From Pseudomonadota bacterium (GTDB lineage Bacteria; Bdellovibrionota_B; Oligoflexia; Oligoflexales; CAIYRB01), in NCBI GenBank assembly GCA_031416315.1, contig JANOTL010000034.1, positions 1 through 29,194 on the forward strand: a stretch of DNA of 29,194 nt. Reading direction: 5' to 3'. The position numbers and the translations under genes are program-made. The notes beneath the pieces were generated by a model. That model was given only the letters and a program-made list of their open reading frames with translations, searched no databases and was not told the origin of the DNA. This document shows, piece by piece, positions 9,835 through 20,553 of this stretch (the stretch's first letter is position 1; every line of letters begins with the position of its first letter).

Positions 9835-10842
9835 ATGACCGACCAAACCCAAGAAACCCACGCCCCGCCGGTCGAGCCGGAAGGCCTCGAAAAGCTCGTG
9901 ACGACCTTGCCGGTCGATCATGCGGGGACGACTGTCTATTTGAAGGGCTGGCGCAGGCCCGACTCGCAAAAGCCGCCCGTCGTCATCGTCCACGATCTCG
10001 GCGAGCACACCGAGCACTACCGCGAGACGGCCTACGCCCTCGTCGCGCACGATTTCTCGACCTACGTCTTCGACCTGCGCGGCCACGGCCGCAGCGGCCG
10101 AAGGCTCGGGCACGCGCCGAGCTTCAACATCCTGGTAAAAGATCTGCTCCAGGTCGCGGCTTGGGTCCGCCATAAGGAAGGTGGCCGCGCGCCGATCATC
10201 CTCGGCCACGGCATCGGCGGCCTCATCGTCAACGAGTTCACCCGGCGCCACGCGCAGTTCTGTAAAGCCGCCGTTCTCAGCGCTCCGTGCCTCGAGCTGG
10301 CGCACGACGTGACGCCGATGTCGAAGCTCGTCATCCGTTTCCTCGCCGAGTGGCTGCCGACCTTCCGCATCCCCCCGTCCGTCGGCCCGAAGTTCGCGCG
10401 TGACTTCAAGCACGTGCACGCGGAGGCGGACGACGGCGTGCGCCTGCCGTATTTCCCGCGGCTCACGGCGATCTTCACCCAGGAGCTCCTCTCGGCCGTG
10501 CAGCGCGCCAAGGCGGAGTTCATCGAGTATCCTGGCGCGGTCCTGATCCTTTGCCCCGGAAAAGACACGGTGTGCTCCTACGCTTGGGTGCGCAAGGCCG
10601 CCGCCGTCCACGACGAGAACAACTTGCAAGTCGCCGACCTTCCCGACGCCGGCCACGCCGTGCTCACCGACGACCCCGGCACCCGCGCCGCCGCGCTCGC
10701 CTTGATCCTGCCCTGGCTCGAGGACGTCGCCGCCGGCCGCGCCGCCGCGCGCCTCGACGGGCCGCGCCTCTCCCGCATCGAAGGCGCCTCGCGCGCGGGC
10801 CCGGGTGACGGCACGAACCGCGACTTGGTTGAGGAAGCATGA
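9835..10842 (+). CDS. Alpha/beta hydrolase, lysophospholipase (Hydrolase_4)-like, lacking the catalytic Ser
   Basis: VHDLGEH, FDLRGHGRS, GHGIGG, VLSAP, DTV and GHAV motifs. Start could be at 9817-9835. Confidence 0.8.
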   Translation: MTDQTQETHAPPVEPEGLEKLVTTLPVDHAGTTVYLKGWRRPDSQKPPVVIVHDLGEHTEHYRETAYALVAHDFSTYVFDLRGHGRSGRRLGHAPSFNILVKDLLQVAAWVRHKEGGRAPIILGHGIGGLIVNEFTRRHAQFCKAAVLSAPCLELAHDVTPMSKLVIRFLAEWLPTFRIPPSVGPKFARDFKHVHAEADDGVRLPYFPRLTAIFTQELLSAVQRAKAEFIEYPGAVLILCPGKDTVCSYAWVRKAAAVHDENNLQVADLPDAGHAVLTDDPGTRAAALALILPWLEDVAAGRAAARLDGPRLSRIEGASRAGPGDGTNRDLVEEA

Positions 10843-13400
10843 GCCTCTCCGCCACACTCGAGCGCCTGCATCGCATCAAATCGCGCTCGCGCCTCTTGCA
10901 CGGAATCCTGCGCTTCGTGCGCGCCTTAGTCCTCGCCTCGGTGGTGATCTCGCTCTGGTCTTTGGTCAGCCCGGAGCGCGAGTTCGAGCAGCTCGCCCTC
11001 GGGATTTTAGCCTTCGTCGTCGCCCTCGTCGCCGGCGCCGGCAAGGATCGCGAGCATCCCATCGGCCTCCGCGACCTGGCGCTTGCCCTGGAAATGAAGC
11101 ACGCGCGCGCCACCGCCTCGCCCTTGGTCGTGGCAGAGCCTGACTCCGCCGTCAGCCCGGAGTGGCAGCCCCTCGTCGACGCGGAGGTGAAAGACCTTCG
11201 CCGCTTCGAGATCGTGCGTAACGTCGCCCTCGCCAGCACGCTCGTCCTGCCGCTCGCGCTTTCGTTCGTGACGCTCCCGCAGACCGCGCCGTCCTTCAAG
11301 ACCGTGCTCAACGAGGCGAACAACATGGTCTCGCGCCTCTCGCGCGGGGCCACGCTGAAGATCTTGCAAGGCGCGACGACCGAGACGCCCGAAAAGCCGT
11401 ACGAGCTTTCGCCGTCAGAGACGCTCTCCCTCGAACTCCTTGCGCAGAACCTGATCGAGGTGCGCGTCACCGGGGGCGGCTTCGGCAAGAACGCGCCGAC
11501 GCTCGAGCTCCGCCGCAATAAGCCCGCGGACCCCTTCGCCGGCGCGGGCAAAGGCTCGGAGACGCCCGCCGGCTCGGGGGCAAGGACGGCCGCCGGCTCA
11601 GGTTCCGAGGCCCCGGCCGGCGCCGGCGCCGAAGAGCCCGGCAAACCCGAGGTCTTCCAGTCCTTCCAAATGTCCCCTGTCCGCGACGGCGAGCGCCGCA
11701 ACGTCGCCACCGGCGAGCCAGACGAGCCCACCGCCTACTCGATCTCCTTCGCCGTCTCCGAGCCGGTCGAGCTCTTCGTCCCGGGCATCTCCGACACGAA
11801 AGCGCTCGCGAACCTGAAGGTGCGCCAGCTCCCGATCCCGAAGGTGAAGCTCTCCGTTTCCTCGCAGCTCGAGGATCCATGGCCCGACGACCAGCCGCTC
11901 AACCTCAAGATCCAGGTCAAGGCCGAGAACTCGCTGCAGATGGTCCGCCTCTTGATCAAATCCGGCTCGCGCGTCTCGAAGGAGCTCGTCGCGAACGTGA
12001 TGGCGGAGGACAAGCACGAGCTCACCACCGACTACCGCCTCGTCCTCGAGCAGTTCGTGGAAAGCGACTTAGCCCAGGTCGAGATCATCGCCGAGGCCAT
12101 CGACCGCGCCGTCCCCACGCCCCTCGTCGGCCAATCGGAGCCGATCAAGATCAACACCGCCAGCGCCTACGGCCGCTACCGCGCCACGCTGCAGACGTTG
12201 CGCGAGCTGAAGACCCAGGTCGACGAAGCCCTGACGAAGCAAGACGAGAAGCTCGGCAGCGAGGCCCAGGAGCTCGCGAAAAAGGCCGGCGATCAATCCG
12301 AGCGCTCGCCGTTTTTCGACGGCTTGGACCGCGTCCAGATCCACCGTTTCGAGACCAAGCTCGCCGAGATGAAGGTCGAGCCCAGCGCCGAGAAGATGCT
12401 CGAGGTCTCCTCGAATTTAAACGAATTCTTGTTTGAGCACGAGATCCTCGACGACCGCGAGCGCGACCGCGACTTCTTCGTCGCCGCCCGCGGCCTCTCG
12501 CGCCTTCTGGAGCAAGACCCGAAAGAGCGCCCGGTCGCGCTGAAGACCGTCACCGACCGCATGAACAAGTTCTTAGACGACCGCCACGACCGCTGGACGA
12601 AGCGCGTCCTTCGTCTTCCCGAGGCGGCAAAACCCGCCACATGGGCCGATATCGCGGCGAAAAAGCCGTTTCACGCCGCGATGGATCTCGTCGAGAAGGT
12701 CGACGAGGCCGCCAAAAAGAGCCCGAAGGCGAAGTCCGACCAGCTCACCGCGCTGTCCAAGGCCGTCGTCGACTACCGCAGCTGGATCGAGGCCCTCGAA
12801 TCCGCCGAGGACAAATCCCGCGAGACCGAGGAGAAAGAGCGCCAGGAAGGCCTCGCCTCGGCGCGCGACCAGATGCGCGAGCTGCAGAAGCGCCAGGGCG
12901 AGATCTCCGCCGACCTCGACCGCGCCGGCGAGCGCCCCGGCGGCGAGCTCGAGGGCCAATGGCCCGCGACGCGCATGAAGCAAAATGCCAACGTCCGCGA
13001 CACCAAGCGCCTCGAGGGCCAGCTCCGCTCGCTATCCCCCACGGCGAACGCGCGCATCCAAGCCGCGGTGCAGGCGATGGAGCAAACCGGCGAGTCGGGC
13101 AGCGGCGGCAATTACGCCCTCGCCGAATCCAACTCCGACTTGGCCGGCCGCCTCCTCCGTCAAGCCGAGAGCGCGGCCTCGCAGTCGCAGCAAAAAAGGC
13201 GTAGCCGCGGCCGCCGCCGCCGCGTCACCGGCGACAACTACTACGGCCAGTCGGTCGTCGGCGGCGACATCGAGATCAAGCGGGAGTACCAGGTCGATCG
13301 TCGCTACCGCGAGGACATCCTCGACCAGGTGAACGAGAGCAACGTCGACGAAGACAGCCGCGTGCTCCTCGAGCGCTACCTGCGGGAAGTCATCCGCTAA
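10839..13400 (+). CDS. Large membrane-anchored coiled-coil protein, DUF4175-like
   Basis: About 3 N-terminal TM segments, a beta-rich middle, long helical/coiled-coil regions and a C-terminal YREDIL...ERYLREV tail. ATGA overlap with the upstream gene. Confidence 0.6.
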   Translation: MSLSATLERLHRIKSRSRLLHGILRFVRALVLASVVISLWSLVSPEREFEQLALGILAFVVALVAGAGKDREHPIGLRDLALALEMKHARATASPLVVAEPDSAVSPEWQPLVDAEVKDLRRFEIVRNVALASTLVLPLALSFVTLPQTAPSFKTVLNEANNMVSRLSRGATLKILQGATTETPEKPYELSPSETLSLELLAQNLIEVRVTGGGFGKNAPTLELRRNKPADPFAGAGKGSETPAGSGARTAAGSGSEAPAGAGAEEPGKPEVFQSFQMSPVRDGERRNVATGEPDEPTAYSISFAVSEPVELFVPGISDTKALANLKVRQLPIPKVKLSVSSQLEDPWPDDQPLNLKIQVKAENSLQMVRLLIKSGSRVSKELVANVMAEDKHELTTDYRLVLEQFVESDLAQVEIIAEAIDRAVPTPLVGQSEPIKINTASAYGRYRATLQTLRELKTQVDEALTKQDEKLGSEAQELAKKAGDQSERSPFFDGLDRVQIHRFETKLAEMKVEPSAEKMLEVSSNLNEFLFEHEILDDRERDRDFFVAARGLSRLLEQDPKERPVALKTVTDRMNKFLDDRHDRWTKRVLRLPEAAKPATWADIAAKKPFHAAMDLVEKVDEAAKKSPKAKSDQLTALSKAVVDYRSWIEALESAEDKSRETEEKERQEGLASARDQMRELQKRQGEISADLDRAGERPGGELEGQWPATRMKQNANVRDTKRLEGQLRSLSPTANARIQAAVQAMEQTGESGSGGNYALAESNSDLAGRLLRQAESAASQSQQKRRSRGRRRRVTGDNYYGQSVVGGDIEIKREYQVDRRYREDILDQVNESNVDEDSRVLLERYLREVIR

Positions 13401-14101
13401 TGTTCCCCATCATTCCCTTCTGGATGTTCCCGCCCTTGTGGCCGGGAGTGTTCGAGCCGCTTCTCTTTCTGATTCTAGTCAAGGTCTTCGTGCCGTCGCG
13501 CCCGAAGCTGCAAATCTTCGGCTGGATCTGCCTCCTGACCGGCGCCGTCTGGACGCTCTACGCCGGCTTCACGCTGCGGGCGGTTCCCTTCGTCCTCGCC
13601 GCCGCCTACGCGCTGCCGGCGCTTCTCGCCTTCGCCCTCGCGCGCCGGGCGCAGACGATGCGCGCCCTGATCTTTGCCACCGTCCTCCTCGACCTGCTGT
13701 TGATCGTCGGCGCCGTCTTCGGCGCCCACGTCCCGCTAGCCCGGAGCGTCACCGTCCTCTGCACTTCCTGCAGTGAGCCGCCCTTGCGCGCCGTCAACGG
13801 CTACCAGCTGCGCCTTCAGGTGAACGGCGACCCCCGCGAGTTCACCTTCACCAACCAGGGCTTCGCCCAGGCGAAGGAGCAGGCGAACATCAACCATCAG
13901 GAGGTGCTCGACCTCCTCGCCGCCAACCCGGGGAAGACCTTCGCCGCCACGATGACGATCGACTACTTCTACGGCGTGCCCTGGGAGCCGCACCTCGTGG
14001 CGATCGGCGGTCTCGACTTCCTGAACTTCTATTACCTCCCCGACCTCTTGCACGACCGCACGGCTCTGCTAGATTTGCTCAAGAAGGAGGCAGCTCCCTG
14101 A
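13400..14101 (+). CDS. Hypothetical membrane protein
   Basis: About 4 TM segments, then a CxxC-containing soluble domain. TAATG coupling with the upstream gene. Confidence 0.75.
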   Translation: MFPIIPFWMFPPLWPGVFEPLLFLILVKVFVPSRPKLQIFGWICLLTGAVWTLYAGFTLRAVPFVLAAAYALPALLAFALARRAQTMRALIFATVLLDLLLIVGAVFGAHVPLARSVTVLCTSCSEPPLRAVNGYQLRLQVNGDPREFTFTNQGFAQAKEQANINHQEVLDLLAANPGKTFAATMTIDYFYGVPWEPHLVAIGGLDFLNFYYLPDLLHDRTALLDLLKKEAAP

Positions 14102-14412
14102 ACATCCAAATTCCCGCCGAGCGCCTCGGCCGGCTCATCTCCGGCTTCGCCGCCTCGTCCCTCGAGGGCCGCCAGGTCGCCTCGCGCCTCCGCCAGCTTT
14201 TCCCTATTCGTTTCATGGACTTGAAACGAGAGCACGCTTCGCGTCGTGGCCGCTCCGGCGCTCCGGCCGAGCGCCTCGCCCTCACCGATCCGCGCTACCT
14301 CGAGTCGATCGACGAGCTGACGGAGATGAACTCGCGCGCGCGCCTCGCCCGCATCGAGTACGAGACGCACGTCATGCTCTACAACGCGCGTCAAAGTCTC
14401 CGCCGTCGCTAG
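14098..14412 (+). CDS. Small basic hypothetical protein, probable CTG start
   Basis: The frame stays open upstream of ATG 14215 to CTG 14098, which overlaps the upstream TGA. AGGAGG lies 7 nt before the CTG. Confidence 0.55.
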   Translation: MNIQIPAERLGRLISGFAASSLEGRQVASRLRQLFPIRFMDLKREHASRRGRSGAPAERLALTDPRYLESIDELTEMNSRARLARIEYETHVMLYNARQSLRRR

Positions 14413-14482
14413 CCTTTTCGGCATCCGGACGCTATAGAATTCATACGAATTCAATCGCTTCCTATCCCTGGGGAATGATGCC

Positions 14483-16492
14483 GTGATCGCAAGCCTCGTC
14501 TTTCTCGTGCTCGTCGCCGCAACCCTGGGCTACTTCGCGCTCAACTTGAAGAAGGTGTGGAGCACCATCCAGGTCGGGACCGGCAAGGCCGAGGTCTCGC
14601 TCACCGCGCCGGACAACTTCCCGACGCGCCTCTTCGGCATGCTCCGCGGCGGCTTTCTTCAGGAGAAGATGCTGAAGGACACGGGCCCGGCGATCATGCA
14701 CTTCATGATCTTTTACGGCTTCGTGACCGTCACCGTCGGCACAGTCGAGACTTTGATCCACGGCGTCTTCCCGAGCTTCTCTTTCAACTCCATCCTTCCG
14801 GACTCGCTTTACCGCCTCTATCTGCTGAGCCAGGACGTAGGCAACTTCACCGTTGTCGTCGCCATCGTCTGGGCCTTCGTCCGCCGCCTCGCGTTTCGGC
14901 CGAAACGCCTCGAAGGCCTCGACGCGCACTCGAAAATGGACGCCTATCAGGTCCTGGGCGCCATCTTGGGCCTCGTCTTCACCGCCAACGTCTACATGGG
15001 CGCCAACGCGCTCGGCGGCGCCCTCGTCGGCCCCGTCCCCCTCTCTCGCATCGTCGCGTCGGTCCTCGGCGGCGCCTTCATCTCGACGCCCGAAGGTTGG
15101 CTCACCTTCGGCAAGGTCTTCTGGTGGATCCACGTCGCCATCTTCCTCGGCTTCACCACCTTCCTGCCGTTCTCGAAGCACCAGCACCTGATCTGGGTCT
15201 GGCCGAACATGCTTTATCGCAGCCTTCGCCCGCGCGGCCGTCTGAAGCCGATGGAGTTCGACGAGAACGCGACGAGCTTCGGCGTCGGCAAGCTGACCGA
15301 GTTCTCCTGGAAGCAGCTCCTCGACGGCCAAACCTGCGTCGAGTGCGGCCGCTGCACCGAGCAATGCCCCGCGACCACCACCGGCAAGCCCCTCGACCCG
15401 CGCAAGATCATGAAGCACCTGAAGACCGGCATGGCCGAGGTGCGCGCCGGCGTCCCCGAAGACAAGCGCAAGCCCCTGATCGACGTGGGCGAAGGCGGCA
15501 TCGTTCATCCGGACGAGCTCTGGGCCTGCACCTCCTGCGGCGCCTGCATGGAGGCCTGCCCGCTCTACATCGAGCACATCCCGACCATCATCGACATGCG
15601 CCGCTACCTCTCGATGACGCAAGGCTCCTTCCCTGAGGAGCTCAACAACACCTTCCGCTCGCTCGAGACCTCGTCCTCACCGTGGCCGATGGATCCCTCG
15701 ACCCGCGGCGACTGGGCGAAAGGCCTCAACGTCACCACGATGGAAGAGAAGAGCGACGTCGAGTATCTCTTCTGGGTCGGATGCGCCGGCTCTTACGACG
15801 AGCGTTACAAGAAGGTCTCGCAGTCGATCGTCAAGATCATGCAGAAGGCCAACGTCAGCTTCTCGATCCTCGGCAAGGAAGAGCAATGCAACGGCGACAC
15901 CGCACGCCGCCTGGGCAACGAGTACCTGGCCAAGATGCAGGTCGAAGCCAACGTCGAGACCTTCAAGCGCTACAAAGTGCAGAAAGTCGTCACCGGCTGC
16001 CCGCACTGCTTCAATACCATCAAGAACGAGTACCCGGACTTCGGCTACCAGGCCCAGGTCGTCCACCACAGCGAGCTGATCGCCGACCTCGTGCGCCAAG
16101 GCAAGATCAAGCCGAGCCAGGTCCCTACCGACGCCGCCGCGACGACGACGTACCACGACTCCTGCTACCTCGGGCGCCACAACGAGGTTTATGAGAGCCC
16201 GCGCGACGCTTTGGCAGCCGTCCCCCAAATGAAGCTGGTGGAGATGGAGCGCACCAAGGAGAAGGGCTTCTGCTGCGGCGCCGGCGGCGGCCGCATGTGG
16301 CTGGAGGAGAAAATCGGCACGCGGATCAACGAGAACCGCGCCAAGGAAGCGATCGGCACCGGCGCCAAGACCGTCGCCACCGCCTGCCCCTTCTGCATGA
16401 CCATGATGAACGACGGCGTGAAGGCTCACGGCAAGGGCGACACGGTGCAAGTGAAAGACGTAGCCGAGATCGTCGCCGACTCGCTAAACTAG
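14483..16492 (+). CDS. Membrane Fe-S oxidoreductase, FadF / heterodisulfide reductase-related
   Basis: TM domain, two CxxCxxCxxxCP ferredoxin motifs and two CCG domains ([30 protein letters not shown]). Confidence 0.9.
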   Translation: MIASLVFLVLVAATLGYFALNLKKVWSTIQVGTGKAEVSLTAPDNFPTRLFGMLRGGFLQEKMLKDTGPAIMHFMIFYGFVTVTVGTVETLIHGVFPSFSFNSILPDSLYRLYLLSQDVGNFTVVVAIVWAFVRRLAFRPKRLEGLDAHSKMDAYQVLGAILGLVFTANVYMGANALGGALVGPVPLSRIVASVLGGAFISTPEGWLTFGKVFWWIHVAIFLGFTTFLPFSKHQHLIWVWPNMLYRSLRPRGRLKPMEFDENATSFGVGKLTEFSWKQLLDGQTCVECGRCTEQCPATTTGKPLDPRKIMKHLKTGMAEVRAGVPEDKRKPLIDVGEGGIVHPDELWACTSCGACMEACPLYIEHIPTIIDMRRYLSMTQGSFPEELNNTFRSLETSSSPWPMDPSTRGDWAKGLNVTTMEEKSDVEYLFWVGCAGSYDERYKKVSQSIVKIMQKANVSFSILGKEEQCNGDTARRLGNEYLAKMQVEANVETFKRYKVQKVVTGCPHCFNTIKNEYPDFGYQAQVVHHSELIADLVRQGKIKPSQVPTDAAATTTYHDSCYLGRHNEVYESPRDALAAVPQMKLVEMERTKEKGFCCGAGGGRMWLEEKIGTRINENRAKEAIGTGAKTVATACPFCMTMMNDGVKAHGKGDTVQVKDVAEIVADSLN

Positions 16493-16554
16493 CGGAACCA
16501 TTTCCGACCGGTGGTTCTCCATCTGCTGACTCTCCCCATCCGAGGAGCCTTTCG

Positions 16555-17961
16555 ATGCGTTTGCGCGCCGCGCTGAGTCCCCTGTTGCTTGCACTCGCCG
16601 TCGCGACGCCCGCCGCGGCCGCTGACAAGCCCTACTTCACGACGAAGCTCGACACCGGGCTCGAAGTGATCGCGATGGAGTCGCACAAAGTCCCCCTCGT
16701 CACCATCGTGCTGTCGGCCAAGGCCGGCGGCATGACGCAGACGCCGGAGACCGACGGCCTCGTCCACCTTTGGGAGCACATGTTCTTCAAGGGGAATAAG
16801 CGCATCCCCAACCAAGAGGCCTTCAACAAGCGCATCCGCGAGCTCGGCATGAGCTACAACGGCGACACCTCCGCCGAGAAGGTCCGCTACTATTTCACGC
16901 TGCCGTCGGTCTTCCTCGAAGAGGGCCTGCAGTTCATGGCCGACGCCATCGCGACCCCGCTCCTCGAGCAAGTCGAGCTGGAGAAAGAGCGTCGCGTCGT
17001 CGTCGACGAGTACGACCGCGCCGCCGCCCACCCGAGCTTCGACTTCGGCAACCTCGAGCGCTCCTACGTCTACGGCCCCCTAGAGTACCTGCGCGATCCG
17101 CTCGGCTACCGCCACTTGATCCTGAAGACGACGCGCGAGCAGCTGATCAAGATCAAAGAGGAGGTCTTCGTCCCCTCCAACACGGCGATCCTGATCGCCG
17201 GCGATTTCCAGCCGGAGAAGCTGGGCGAGCTTTTGAAGAAGCACTTCGGCGAATGGAAGGACCCGAAAGGCTGGAAGCCGGTGCAGCCGCCGAAGTTCCC
17301 GGCCTTCCCGAAGACGAAAAGCTTCGTCATGACCCGCGCCAACGTGCAGAACTCGAGCGTCAACATCGTCTTCGCCGGCCCGAAGGCCCGCACCGAGCAG
17401 GCCGACTCCTTCGCCGCCGACGTGCTGAACGCGCTCCTCAACCACAAATCCGGCAAGTTCTACAAGAAGTTCGAGGACTCGGGCCTCACCTACGAATCCG
17501 GCGTCTCCTACTACACCCAATCGCAGGCCGGCGAGATCAACCTCTACGCGACCACCGACCCCGCCAACGCCGTCAAAGCCCGCGACGCGCTCCTCGCTGA
17601 AGTGGGCGAGTGGCTGAAACCCGACTACTTCACCGACGTCCAGCTGGAAGACGTGCGCCGCAATCTTTTGATCAACCACAAGCGTGACGTCAACCAGCCC
17701 TCCGACTACATCAAGTCCCTGGCCTTCTGGTGGGCCGTCACCGGCATGGATTACTACGACTCCTACCTCGATAACCTGAAGAAGATCGACCTCGCCTCGG
17801 TGCGCGGCTTCGTCAAGAAGTGGCTCGACAAGAAGCCGCACTTCGCCGGCATCCTGATGTCGCCCGACGACGCGAAGAAAGTCGGCCTCAAAGACGACTC
17901 GGCGCCCCTCGTGAAGAAGTATCTGGCGAAGTACGAGCTCGACAAGAAAACCCCCCGCTGA
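16555..17961 (+). CDS. M16 (pitrilysin) zinc peptidase, catalytic subunit, exported
   Basis: GAGGAG RBS, signal peptide, HLWEHMFFKG (inverted HxxEH) and ERRVVVDE. Confidence 0.9.
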   Translation: MRLRAALSPLLLALAVATPAAAADKPYFTTKLDTGLEVIAMESHKVPLVTIVLSAKAGGMTQTPETDGLVHLWEHMFFKGNKRIPNQEAFNKRIRELGMSYNGDTSAEKVRYYFTLPSVFLEEGLQFMADAIATPLLEQVELEKERRVVVDEYDRAAAHPSFDFGNLERSYVYGPLEYLRDPLGYRHLILKTTREQLIKIKEEVFVPSNTAILIAGDFQPEKLGELLKKHFGEWKDPKGWKPVQPPKFPAFPKTKSFVMTRANVQNSSVNIVFAGPKARTEQADSFAADVLNALLNHKSGKFYKKFEDSGLTYESGVSYYTQSQAGEINLYATTDPANAVKARDALLAEVGEWLKPDYFTDVQLEDVRRNLLINHKRDVNQPSDYIKSLAFWWAVTGMDYYDSYLDNLKKIDLASVRGFVKKWLDKKPHFAGILMSPDDAKKVGLKDDSAPLVKKYLAKYELDKKTPR

Positions 17962-17982
17962 ACCAACACCGAGGTAACACCC

Positions 17983-19371
17983 ATGCATTTCCTGAGCTCG
18001 GTCTTCTTCTCCCTCGCCTTCTCGCTCGCGGTTGCGCCTGTCGCCATCGCCGCGCCCGTGCAGCTCGTCTCGGACGAGACCATCAAGACGCAGAAGTCCC
18101 TCACCACCAACCACAAGCTGAAGAACGGCATCGACGTCGTCGTCCGCCAGATTGAAGGCTCCGACATCGTCGCCGTCAACATGGGCTTCGGCACCGGTCT
18201 CCGCGACCTCCCGACCGGCAAGAAAGCGCTGAACGAGTGGTTCTGGCCGTCGATGACGATGGCCGGCAAGGATATCCCGAAGGCCAAGGTCTTCGAGACC
18301 GCGGAGAAGTTCGGCCTCGAGATCGGCTGCGGCGGCGGCATCGAGACCGCCACTTGCTCCCTCGGCACGATCAACGACTACTGGAAAGAGGGCTTAGCCC
18401 TCTTCTCCGGCCTCGTCACCGCGCCGGCTTTCAACGACGAGGACCTGAAGCTCACGAAGGAGCGCCTCGTCGCCTCGCTGAAGAACACGCCGAGCGATCC
18501 GGGCCAGTACGTCAACGAGATCATCAACTCCGTCTTTTATCCCGAAGGCCACCCGTACCGCCTGAACCACGACGTGGCGCTGAAAGAGCTCGAGAAGCTC
18601 GGCCGCCAAGACCTGCTCGATCAGCACAAGAGCGTCCTCAACGCGAAGCTGATCACGATCGTCGTCGCCACCTCGATGCCGGCCGCGCAGGTCGTCTCGG
18701 ACCTCGACGCCGCCTTCGGCGCCATCCTTGCGGCCGACTTCACGCCGGTGAAGCCGGAGCCACCGAAGTTCGACGCGAAGACCTCCTTCGCGTTCTTCGA
18801 CCGTGACCTGCCGACCGCCTTCATCCGCATCAAGCTGAACGGCCCTTCGGTCCACGACAAAGACGCTGTCGCCGCGAAGCTCCTCTACGAGATCCTCTCC
18901 GAGGAGCTCGGCGACGAGGTCCGCACGAAGCGCTCCCTCTCCTACGCCGTCGGCTCCTTCCTCTTGCAGTACTCGCTCGGCGTCGGCGTCATCAGCGCTT
19001 CGACCTCGAAGCCGAAAGAAACGCTCGAAGCCATCCAGGTCGTCCTCGACACGATGAAATCGAAAACGTTCACGGACGACGACCTCGACCAGTACAAGCG
19101 GACCTTCGCGACCAACTACTACCTCACGCTCGAGTCGCACGCGTCCCTCGCCGGGGCGCTCTCCAGCGCGAAGCACTTCTACGGCGCGGCGGAGGAGCTC
19201 TACGACTTCCCCCGCAAGCTCGACAAGGTCACGCCGGCGGACATCAAGCGCTTGTCGGCCGATGTCCTTTCCGACCTACGCGTCGGCGTGATCTATGGGC
19301 GCAAGGAGTTCGAGGACGCCTGGGCCCAGGACCTGATCAAGAAAAACATGAAGGGCGCCAGTGGCCACTGA
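17983..19371 (+). CDS. M16 peptidase non-catalytic partner subunit, exported
   Basis: LKNGIDVVV start of fold, no HxxEH motif, [12 protein letters not shown] (R/Y motif), [10 protein letters not shown]; signal peptide. Confidence 0.85.
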   Translation: MHFLSSVFFSLAFSLAVAPVAIAAPVQLVSDETIKTQKSLTTNHKLKNGIDVVVRQIEGSDIVAVNMGFGTGLRDLPTGKKALNEWFWPSMTMAGKDIPKAKVFETAEKFGLEIGCGGGIETATCSLGTINDYWKEGLALFSGLVTAPAFNDEDLKLTKERLVASLKNTPSDPGQYVNEIINSVFYPEGHPYRLNHDVALKELEKLGRQDLLDQHKSVLNAKLITIVVATSMPAAQVVSDLDAAFGAILAADFTPVKPEPPKFDAKTSFAFFDRDLPTAFIRIKLNGPSVHDKDAVAAKLLYEILSEELGDEVRTKRSLSYAVGSFLLQYSLGVGVISASTSKPKETLEAIQVVLDTMKSKTFTDDDLDQYKRTFATNYYLTLESHASLAGALSSAKHFYGAAEELYDFPRKLDKVTPADIKRLSADVLSDLRVGVIYGRKEFEDAWAQDLIKKNMKGASGH

Positions 19372-19831
19372 GTTCTGGAAATCGACGAAGCTGAGCGAGA
19401 TGACTCCCAAGCAATGGGAGTCGCTCTGCGACGGCTGTGGCCGCTGCTGCCTGAACAAGTTCGAGGACACCAAGACCAAGAAGATCTTCTACTCCGACGT
19501 CGCCTGCCAGCTCCTCGACACGAAGAGCTGCCGCTGCTCCGACTACCCGAACCGCACGAAAAAAGTCCCCGACTGCGTCGTCCTCTCTCCCCGCAACTTG
19601 AAGAAGATGAATTGCCTGCCGCCCACCTGCGGCTACCGCCTGGTGGCGGAGGGCAAGGACCTCTACTGGTGGCACCCGCTCAAATCGGGCAGCGCCAAAT
19701 CCGTCCACGAGGCCGGCATCTCGGTCCGGGGCCGGGTGATCAGCGAGATCGGACTCAGCGACGAGGAGATCGAAGATCGCCTCGTCACCTGGCCCATGTC
19801 ACCCCGCGGGAAAAGGAAAACGAAGCCATGA
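19361..19831 (+). CDS. ycgN: YcgN (UPF0260) cysteine-cluster protein
   Basis: [17 protein letters not shown]...[12 protein letters not shown] and WHPL.SG motifs. Confidence 0.9.
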   Translation: MATEFWKSTKLSEMTPKQWESLCDGCGRCCLNKFEDTKTKKIFYSDVACQLLDTKSCRCSDYPNRTKKVPDCVVLSPRNLKKMNCLPPTCGYRLVAEGKDLYWWHPLKSGSAKSVHEAGISVRGRVISEIGLSDEEIEDRLVTWPMSPRGKRKTKP

Positions 19832-20550
19832 TGCGTGCAGCTCTCGTCGGCGTTCTCTTGGTTACGGCCTGCAGCAATGACCCGCAGTCGAGCTTTTCGC
19901 GGACGAAGGCCCTTCCCGAGCCCCCGCTCCTCGTCTACATGGGCGGCAACACCAGCTGCCAGCGCGGCTCCGACGGCATCACCGGCCCCCGCGGCATGAC
20001 CAGCTGGCCGCAGTTCCAAGCCCTCGTCGCCAAGGAAACCGAAGGGCGCGACGAAGCCCCCGCTTGGATCGCCTCCTGCCACCGCAATAACGACGTCGTC
20101 CACTTCCTCGCGTCCGACGCGCCGAACGGCATGCCCACGAGCACCGACTTCGACGGCTTCTTCGCCAAGATCGACGTCCTTGCCGCCGGCCACAAGGTCC
20201 TCGTCGCCGGCCACTCCTACGGCGGCTGGCTCGCGCTGCGCGCCGGCATGTCCCTCCAATCGGAGATCGGCGCGCTCGTCTCGATCGACCCCATCAGCCG
20301 CCCGAACTGCTCCCTCTGGACTCCCAACGGCTGCGTCGTCTTCCCGAGCGACATCGACGGCATCGAGCGCCAATCGATTGCGGATCGCTCCGGCTACTGG
20401 GTCAACTACTTCCAGCGCCAAACGAGCTATCTCCACTCCTTGCCCGCGCAGGAAGCCGACGAGAATCCGGAGCTCCCCGCAAGCCACACGTCGATCGATA
20501 CGGATCCGGCCGTGTGGACGCGCCTCGGCGAGCTTGCGGCGGCGCTCTGA
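19828..20550 (+). CDS. Alpha/beta hydrolase lipoprotein (lipase/esterase-like)
   Basis: Lipobox VTAC, GHSYGG nucleophile elbow, SIDP and a C-terminal SHTSID. ATGA overlap with ycgN. Confidence 0.75.
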   Translation: MMRAALVGVLLVTACSNDPQSSFSRTKALPEPPLLVYMGGNTSCQRGSDGITGPRGMTSWPQFQALVAKETEGRDEAPAWIASCHRNNDVVHFLASDAPNGMPTSTDFDGFFAKIDVLAAGHKVLVAGHSYGGWLALRAGMSLQSEIGALVSIDPISRPNCSLWTPNGCVVFPSDIDGIERQSIADRSGYWVNYFQRQTSYLHSLPAQEADENPELPASHTSIDTDPAVWTRLGELAAAL

Positions 20551-20553
20551 GCC

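Noticed and set aside
16297..16554. Upstream extensions given in the ORF track (also 1186, 19414, 21588, 21797)
   Set aside because: They overlap neighbouring genes or promoters. RBS and signal-peptide positions support later starts.
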